Below are positions 54,815 to 64,000 of a DNA stretch of 64,000 nt, piece after piece. The notes under the pieces were generated by a model. That model was not told the origin of the DNA. It ran no database searches and worked only from the letters and a program-made list of their open reading frames with translations. Position 1 is the stretch's first letter. Every line of letters starts with the position of its first letter. The stretch lies in NCBI RefSeq assembly GCF_009914755.1, contig NC_060925.1; one strand, written 5' to 3'. The position numbers and the translations under genes are program-made. This stretch comes from the human T2T-CHM13v2.0 reference genome, Homo sapiens.

Positions 54815-56109
54815 GTCAGAGGTTTCTAAACGCTCATCCTTCAAGGAAAACGGACATATGCTGAAGAGCTGATAAACAGTCTACAGCAGTGTTTTTCTAA
54901 CTTAATCTTGATTACAAGTCCTTGCCATTTTCCTCCAGCTGCTGTTGACTCCAGTTATATATAGGTTGGGGGAAAGGGGATTATCTATGGATGTAGGCAT
55001 CACTGTCTCTTGGGCAGTTATCACATTTGCAGGCTGAAGGGATGTGATTTTTATAATCAAACTATCCATTTGGAATACAAATCTGGAGTGGCTGTAAAAT
55101 TTGCTTCTCGGAGATGGAGCTTTCAAATTTGGACTTTCAATTGTTCTGTTGTTTTAGTTGTTCTCGTCAACTGGGGAACTGTTTGTGACTAAGCTTTGTT
55201 AAAAGTAGAGAAGAGCTTTTCATAGTTCCAACATCAGTTGTTACCTGAAACAAACAAAAACACACACACATATACAATGAAACAATAATCTTTGGTGAGG
55301 TCTTGCTGATACCTAACTGAGGCTGGAGTGAGAGCTAAGTGGTGATACAGGCCAGGTGCAAACTGAGTGCAGCTAAGTGGATAATCTCTGGTAGTGAACT
55401 ACAGTCTAGAAGAAGATAGTAATAATAGATAGAAAAGAAAGTCTCCTGAAATGAACTAGCTGGCCTGTGGTGTAGGACACAGGACCCCAGCCACCTTATG
55501 ATTCTAAAAGCCTTGCTCAAAGCCGCTGCAGATGAGTTAGCTAGGTCTCTACCACCTCCTCAGCATCAACTGACTTTCCATAATACTCCTCTGCAGAGAA
55601 ATAAAGGTCTTTCACGCCTCCCAGGAAGGGATTTGCTTAGCCTCAAATGTGCACATTCAGAAATAGCTGTCATAAGAAAGAGAGGATAGTTTGCAGAGAA
55701 ATAACCCTCCTAAGTCCACATCCTATTCCTTTTAAATAAGAGAGTGGTGCCAAGGGAAGAGCCCTAGAATGTCAAAGCCAACAGGGTGCTCAGATACCAC
55801 CCAAGTACAGTTCCATCTTTGGCCATAAGGAGACAATGGTGTCAAGAGGCTAAGGCCATATGATCTGTAGGTGAAAAACCTGGGATGAGAATCAAGGCCT
55901 CAAACTTTTTCCACTACATCACAGATTTAGGAGCAGTTAGAGGGAAGGCTTCAATCTGGAGAACACTAACAGGCTCTAGAGATTATTGGGTCATGGTGGC
56001 TGGGACAGAAATAAGGATTCACAGAAAGATGTTTGTTGTCAATGTTCTTTTACAGTAAATGTTCTTTTGAGATTTTGCTTGATAAAAAGGTTGAGCAGAA
56101 GTGAAAAAA

Positions 56110-56485
<376 letters not shown>

Positions 56486-57949
56486 TAGTGGACTGCTTGC
56501 TACTACAGGCTTTATTTAAATACTAGGAAGGTTGGATTACACATAATGAAAGATTTTTTAAAAACTGATCACAAAGAATTGTATATTTCTCACTGCATCT
56601 TGTGGTCAGATAAGTTTGAGAAACTGCTCTACATAGGCAAATTATAGGTTCAATCTATCCATCTACCTCTTTTTCTCTTCTCTTTTTTCCATGCTATGCA
56701 AACAAAACCATGGCGAGAGGAAGGAAAATTCCATCAATGGGTGGTGTTAAGCCTTTTCTATGAGGTAGCTGTACATTTGGGACACTTCTATGTTGGCGAC
56801 TTGACATTCTAATAGATAGATGGTCCTTTTCATCTCTAGCCACATGTGAAAATTACTTGGGAGCTTTTTAAGACTACTAGTGGCTTCCACCCACCTGGAA
56901 GCATTTAAATCAGAATCTCTAGGTGTAGAGTCCAGGCACTTGTGTTAAAACCTCACCAGGCTTTATAATATGACAGAATGGTTTAAAGCTACTGAGTAGA
57001 CCCACCCTATTTCCCACCATTCTCTTTGTTTCTCTTTCACCATAGGCTTCTTTCCCATGAGAAAGTAAAGATTTTAGTCTCTCTTTCCACAGTCTGAAGT
57101 AAATCACTATCTTTCTCAACTGGACTTCCAAGGCAAAGATTTCTTTCCATTTATCTATCTGGAGTTTTACAAAGTTGGCCTCTGGATTCCCTTTTCCCAA
57201 AGCTAATTCACCACAAAGGCACCCCTCAAGTCAAGGAGCTGGACTTTCATACACCTGCACCTGTCAATCATGGGTAAATAATTTGCAGGCAAGGTTGCTG
57301 GGTGCTGTGGGATTGACATAAACTCCCAGGTATTGCCAGCTCTGAGCCTCAGGCAAGCTTGTGACTAAATGACTCCAGTAGTCTGAGGACAGTCCTTACT
57401 CAGAAGGGTCTTTGGAAGCAAAAGCAGACATAGGCATGAGAGGGTAAAAAAAAAAAAAAAAAAAATCCCATGTGATCTTGGCTTATACCTAACAGAACTT
57501 GTGCAAGAATGGATATTAAGGTGGGTATTGTACACAGCAGAGCTTAGTAAATACCAAGTCTGGAGTTTGAGGGATAGGCTGAAGAGATTTTGCAGGTTTG
57601 TAAACATTTTTGCCAATTTGAACATACTTTTGTTTGCGTTTGGTTTTTCTCCTCAGTGGTAAGAGCTAGGCACAATAAGGTAGCTAGGATATTATATTTT
57701 CAATCAATAGATTTGTATTTTGCCAAGGACCAAGATGAACTATGACGATTTCAATATTTTTCATTCTTTATTTTCATCAGCTTGAAAATTAGGACTTTTG
57801 CTCCTTTTTTGGCTTATGGCACCTTTTTTGTTTTCACAATTTCTCAAAGACCAGTAAGTTAGAATCTAAATTATGATTGCTTATTCTATCAGTACCCTAG
57901 GGGAAAGTTGATTTAATCTTGACAAAATGTATTCAACTAAAACAATTGT

Positions 57950-58172
57950 TTTCTTTCTTCTTTCTTTCTTTCTTCTTTTTTTCTTGAGAGGGAGTCTTGC
58001 TCTGTCACCCAGGCTAGAGTGCAGTGGAGCAATCTTGGGTCACTGCAACCTCCGCCTCCCAGGTTGAAATGATTCTCCTGCCTCAGCCTCCTGAGTAGCT
58101 GGGACTACAGGTGCATGTCACCACGCCTAGCTAATTTTTGTATTTTTAGTAGAGATGGGGTTTCACCATGTT
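57950..58172 (-). mobile_element. Truncated Alu
   Basis: reverse Alu ending abruptly after CACCATGTTG. Confidence 0.85.
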
Positions 58173-59839
58173 GTTCTCTTAAATCTTTTCACCTTTTAAG
58201 TTTGTCCTTCTCTTCTCCAATTTGCAATAGTGGAGTGTGGCTTCCACCGAAAAACTATATTTCTCAGAGCTACTTATTCCTGGAGCCTGGCAGTCTGGGG
58301 GCCTGGAGGGGGTGCGTCTAGAAAGCAGCCCTGTGTAAGTTGAGAATAACTATGACAATTGTGGGTTATAAGGTTTTGAGCAGCTCTGGCTTCCCCGTCC
58401 TCTTTTGTTTCTACAGTGGAGTGTGACAAGAGAAGGGACCCGTCTGAGAGTGACTTCATATTGTGGATTTTCACCGCTTACCTCTAGAAACTTGATTCAG
58501 GCAAGTCGGGGGAGTCTCCGGTGTTCTCTGAGAACTCTGTTTTCATTATACAGCTGGACGATGGAATCTATGATGTGCCTGTAGAGTTTAGAGGTGCATG
58601 CTGTTCCAGGAAATAATTACAATTTAGGCAAATTATACACGTTTGCTTAAGAGAATGCTTTCTGCATATTTCATGTTCTTCCTCTCTATCTTAGCCTAGG
58701 GAGAAAACCATGGGGACTCAGGGCTGGAACTTTAGTGCGATGGGGCAGAAGCTTAATTTTCACATGATTCTTAACAAATTCCAGCACATCACATGTATTA
58801 TCATGTCCAATGGCTGCAATATGAAGGAGGCTTTTCCAAAATAGTTACTGCTTTGGTATGGGAAGGGACCTGGTTATGGTTCTTCCGGCCCAGCACAATG
58901 TTATGAAATGATGGCCTCTGTGTGAGAACAATCTAAGAGGAGGGGGGTTGGAGAGAACCACCTTGGGGTGGTAGAATGAAGAGTAACCGAGACATAAGGG
59001 AAGCTGATGAGTATGGCAGCAGAGGAGACTCTCATTCTGCTACATGAGGTGCTCAGAAACCTGGGTTCTACTGAATGCCAATCACATAAGAAGCAGAGAG
59101 ACAGCAGGCAGTGTACAGCAGCAGATAGAAGACAGAAGACAGCCTAGGAATCACAAGAATGATTTTAGAGGTAGATACCTCTAAGTTGGAGGCAAATCTT
59201 TAAGCCTATTTATTTACCTATAAATAGGAATGATAGTAGCTGCCCTACCTCTCTAGCTGGGACATTTGTAATGAATAAGTGAAGTAAAGTATGTCAAAGT
59301 GCTTGAAATCTATAAAACTCTGCCCCAGTCACATGCCTTTAGAAAAATACATATTGCCAGAAGCACTGACTTGGGCCTCTCCCACCATTTTCTTCATCAA
59401 AGCTGCTGAGATGACATTCCAGCTTTTCTCACAGGCAGTTGTTGATGAAAAGGGTTTCCTTCAGGTGCTACCGCTGTCTCTGGATCTCATCTTCTGCAGC
59501 CATTCCACCAGGACATGGAATGAGACGGGAAATGAAGATGCTGATCACTAAAGGGATAGTCAGGGGCCTCTCATCAAGATCCCTGCCTTTCACCATTCTT
59601 TTGCCAACTTCATCTTCTCATCAGGGAACATAAGGCAACTTCCTTTAAGAGCTTTTAAGGTTTCAAACAAAGCATGGCCAAGTGCTAAGCAAACTCCACA
59701 GGGATGCCTCCCACATGGAGATACAGGAAGTATAAGGCAGGTTGACAGGAGGTGGAAAAACACTGAAGGTTTCTGAATAGGGCTTTTCTAGCACTAGGAA
59801 AGATATGACCACCTCCTTGAGATGATTTATGGGTACTAG

Positions 59840-60180
<341 letters not shown>

Positions 60181-60976
60181 CTGAACATCTTTAACAGATG
60201 GTAAAGACCTTCTTCTGCACCTTATTGTGAAATTGGAAAGAGAAATAGGATGCCTTTGTCAGAGGATGGTATGAGTAATAAAAGCCACAAACTTACACCC
60301 ATCACTGACAGAATGACAAGCCTAATATGGTTTATATTACTGTGAAAGCTCAATGAGTGAATTAATATAATCTCTTTCTATTGCATAGAAGAGTATATAA
60401 AGCATATAGTCCCCTAACAATCCAAACTTTTGCCCCCAAAGTAAAGTCAAACATTCAAGTAAGGGAGAGGAGATATAGGTCAAGGTTTTAATCTATACAC
60501 ACACCAGTGAGGTTACCAACCTAAAGGGCTCTTATATACCTAAAGAAGCTCCAATGGCTAGCGTGGAGTTTTTCTGGGAAGAGGGCATGCTGGTGGCATT
60601 GCTGTTAGATTCATCCTTTTCTCCAGCAGATAGCCTCGTTGTTTATTTAGATTGAATTACAACACTGAGACTAAACTAACAGAGATCTTAAAAATACCTT
60701 GGTGCTGCACAAAGATTGAGAACCCTGGCTATTTACCAAAGGGTTGCCAAGATCAAAGTCTTGTCTTTATGGAAATCCCCTGATATTCTAGTAGTCAGAT
60801 GGAAACTTATGGGAAAGCAAGCACCTGAGGGGAGATGGAGACTGGAGCTTGAAACCCAGGAACCATTATAGTTACACCTCCAAACATATGGAGAAGCCTG
60901 CCAACATTCTTGGGATGGCTAGAACAGCTTGGGAAAACTGTTCAGGAACTATAATTATCAAGAATATTTCAGGAAG

Positions 60977-61262
60977 GCTGGGTGTGGTGGCTCACATCTG
61001 TAATCCCAGCACCTTGGGAGGCAGGGGTGGGTGAATTGCTTGAGCTCAGGAGTTTGAGGCCAGCCTGGGCAACAAGGCAAGACCCTGTCTCTACCAAAAA
61101 GGCAAAAAAAATCCGGGAGTAGTGGCATGCATCTGTGGTCTCAGCCACTCAGGAGGCTGAGGCGGGAGGGTCATTTGACCCTGGGTTGTAGGTTGTGGTG
61201 AGCCAAGATCATGCCACTGCACTCTAGCCTGGGTGACAGAACAAGAGACCCTGTCTCAAAAA
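60977..61262 (+). mobile_element. AluJ-like element
   Basis: diverged dimer; ATATTTCAGGAA on both sides. Confidence 0.85.
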
Positions 61263-63419
61263 ATATATATATTTCAGGAAAGATAAGATGTCCCATTTTA
61301 AAGAAGGAGATCTGTTAAGCGGATTTGTACATGTGTGGCAGTAGTGGCAGAGAGTCTGCCATAATCTCTTCACTCTCTTCATTCTGGCCAGCTTTGAGTA
61401 TACTGGCTTGCAGATGCCAGTTGGGGCCAGAGGGACTGAGGTGAGGACAGGAACAGAGCAAATTACCTGACCCACCAGGGACCTGTACTTGAGACTTGAT
61501 CCCAGAGCTGTGTTCAGCCTAATCACTTTTTTAAAGTGAATGTTTAGGGCCTGCCTGCAGAGAATAACATCTCTCAGTTTAGACAGAGGTGGTGAGCATG
61601 TAGAATGTAGGAGCTACTGAGAGATTGATGGAGCTTTATTTTTCTTATCAAAGGAGCACTCACTGGCTATATCCAGAGCAGAGGGGTCTTCCTGTGCATC
61701 AAAGAGGAAGGCATTGCTGCTGCGAAGCTGGTGGGAGTCATGGCGGCTGGAATGGGTCAAATACTGTTTGAAGTCCCTCCAGGACTTTATCCATTTCTTC
61801 CTCCTTGATGTCCCTCCTGAGCCAGGTGAAGTAGGCAAGACAAGGGATGAAACCAAGGCAGCCTGGAACCACATAGCTAGTTCTGATCTGAAGCTCATGG
61901 AAGAGGCACCAAAACCAAAGGGACCATCACATCAAAGAGGACATATACAATCCACTTTTGACCGGGAGTAGAGTGTGCCTAGAGTTAGTATAGAAGTGAA
62001 AACAGCAAGTGATCAGTGCATTGACCTCATAACACACAGATAAGGCAGCAGACTCAACAGCTACTCTAAAATACACTCAGGGCACACAGGACACACAGAG
62101 ACCCATACTATTGGCTTCAAAATGCTGTGTTCAAATTTTATTTACTATGATGTGGAGTGGTCCATTGAATACTGGCTCTTGAGACAACGCAACCTCCCAG
62201 GGCTTTTGCAGACTTTAGACCCCTAGCTCTAAATACTTGGTATGGTTTCAATTTATTTTTCAAGGTGAATTTCTAGGTATAAAATATCTGCCAACATAAT
62301 TCAGGACAACTGTGCAGAAACCAGATAGGCATCTCACTTTGGTTTGTAACCCTATAGGTTTGAAAGATACAGAAACCAGGGATCCCTGGTTAGTTTACTT
62401 TTCAGTAAGACTGACTAGTTAACTAAGTGTGAGAAATTAGTAGGAACTAGGAACCAATACAAGAACTGCAAAGAGAACAGAGAACCATTTTTAAAAGGAC
62501 ACATTGTATAATCAGTCAACAAAAAAAGGAACAATCAGCAGTTTCTGCTTTTTCTATATCTGGGACCTTTAACCTCTTGAGTCCTTGCTTCTGGAATCCT
62601 CTCTAGATTTGGTCAGTCCATTATCAGCCCCTTCATCATATAGAGTTACCTAGGAGCCAGTGGCTTTTGCCTGTCTTCATTTTTCTTACCGTTGTGATTT
62701 TCTGCAAACCAAAATTAGAAAGAGCTAGTCAGAAATTAGGCAAGTCCCATTTCACACATTGCACACATGGGGCCTATATGATCAGGGACATAACACTTTA
62801 CATGTGTGTTCAGAATACTCTGTGAGATTTATTGCAGGAGGCCTCAGGTGGTGTCTTTAGAGAAGTGGCCTGGCAGGCTTGCCTGAGCCCACTGGACAGG
62901 GTGTTCCTGATGTGGTGAATCATCACCATGACATCAGCTGCCTGAAGCAGAGCAAAAAGTTTAAAATGTCTTTTGTTCCCCAGCTCAAAGAATACTTGCC
63001 TGGCTGCCCTTTGGACTTCTCCAGTTGTAACCTTCCTTCCTGCCACAGGCTGTTTGCCAGACCATGACTGTTTGTCCCATAGCTACTCACACACAGAACC
63101 TGCTCCAGTCTCTGAGAGGACAAATAGCCCTGTCCTACCTCTACTCCAAAACCAGAGGACTGCCCAGGTACCTTCAAGTCTGTCCCTGTTGTGCTTCCTC
63201 AGATGTTCTTGGGGGTAATTCTTTTTTTTTTCTTCTCAGTTTGTTGGTGAGAATTGGGGGTGATTCTATGAAAAATATTCCGGTATAAATCAACTTTTCT
63301 AACACCAGCTTCTACTATATACAGAGCCTGAACTAACCCCAAAAGATTTGGACAGTCTATTGGGACCTGAAAATAAATAAATAAATAAATAACCCTGAAA
63401 GAGAAATACACTCATGAAC

Positions 63420-64000
63420 ATTAAGATACTACTTCAACTGATCTGTACAGCAGCCGTGGAATTATGATTTGACTCACTTTACAAATGAGGAAACAGAAAT
63501 TCAGGAGGGATCAATCACTTGCACAAAGTTAGTAAATACAGTGCTGAGACTAGAGCCTAGGTAATTCTGATTCTTAGTCCATGGATCTTTCTATTCTAAC
63601 AAGCTGCCTTCTGTCATACTGTTCTTTCTGACCACAAAGATGGAATGGAGACTTCTGCTTCTGGCCAAGTTGGAGTAATAGGGACTAGATTTGTCCTCCA
63701 CCTTAAACAACTAAGAAACTGGAAAAAGTATTTTAAACTCTAGCTTCAACATTGGATATAGTGCAGTACAGTACATTGATCCCTGAGAGAGAGAAAATAG
63801 AAGAGATGAGCCCTATGAGTGCTCCAGTTTGCTGCCTGAGTTTGTCAACTGCAGAGCAGGGAAGGAGGACCCAGGCAGAGCCTGGTAGTAAGTTTGAAGA
63901 AGTCAGGGTGGCTAGACATCACAGGACAGACTAGAGAATAGGTTGCTGCACAGAGAGAATGCCTTGGATATCTGTGTTCAATCTTCAGCTAAGTACTTAT
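63420..64000 (+). mobile_element. MIR followed by an old L1M remnant
   Basis: MIR core TTTACAAATGAGGAAACAGA; GACTTCTGCTTCTGGCCAAG..GGAGTAATAGGGAC motif. Confidence 0.55.

Overview
Human (hominid) genomic DNA from a segmental-duplication mosaic, most consistent with the 1q21 PPIAL4G / LINC01138 neighbourhood. The locus name is recalled from the PPIAL4 protein sequence and gene order, not confirmed by a database search. Left to right: (1) an Alu/L1/LTR-rich block with an intact cyclophilin-A retrogene (CDS 4112-4606, 164 aa, TSDs visible); (2) a MER67/MER31-type ERV1 whose 3' LTR is cut off against an L1PA2-like fragment with no TSD; (3) a duplicated copy of the PARP8 CpG-island promoter, coding exons 1-2 (exon 2 frameshifted) and about 20 kb of Alu-poor sequence, probably PARP8 intron; (4) an abrupt junction to an antisense, 3'-truncated FAM91A1 processed pseudogene sitting in an ERV1 pol/env remnant with a MER66-like LTR; (5) candidate exons of a convergent minus-strand transcript. 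The most interesting signal is a young chimeric transcription unit assembled from unrelated parts: PARP8 promoter and exons, cryptic exons on the antisense strand of the FAM91A1 retrocopy, and an LTR poly(A) site. It has predicted microprotein ORFs. The retrocopy itself appears to preserve a FAM91A1 isoform with an exonised Tigger2 poison exon. No CRISPR, rRNA, tRNA or prokaryotic features were seen. Repeat subfamily names are by eye and approximate.
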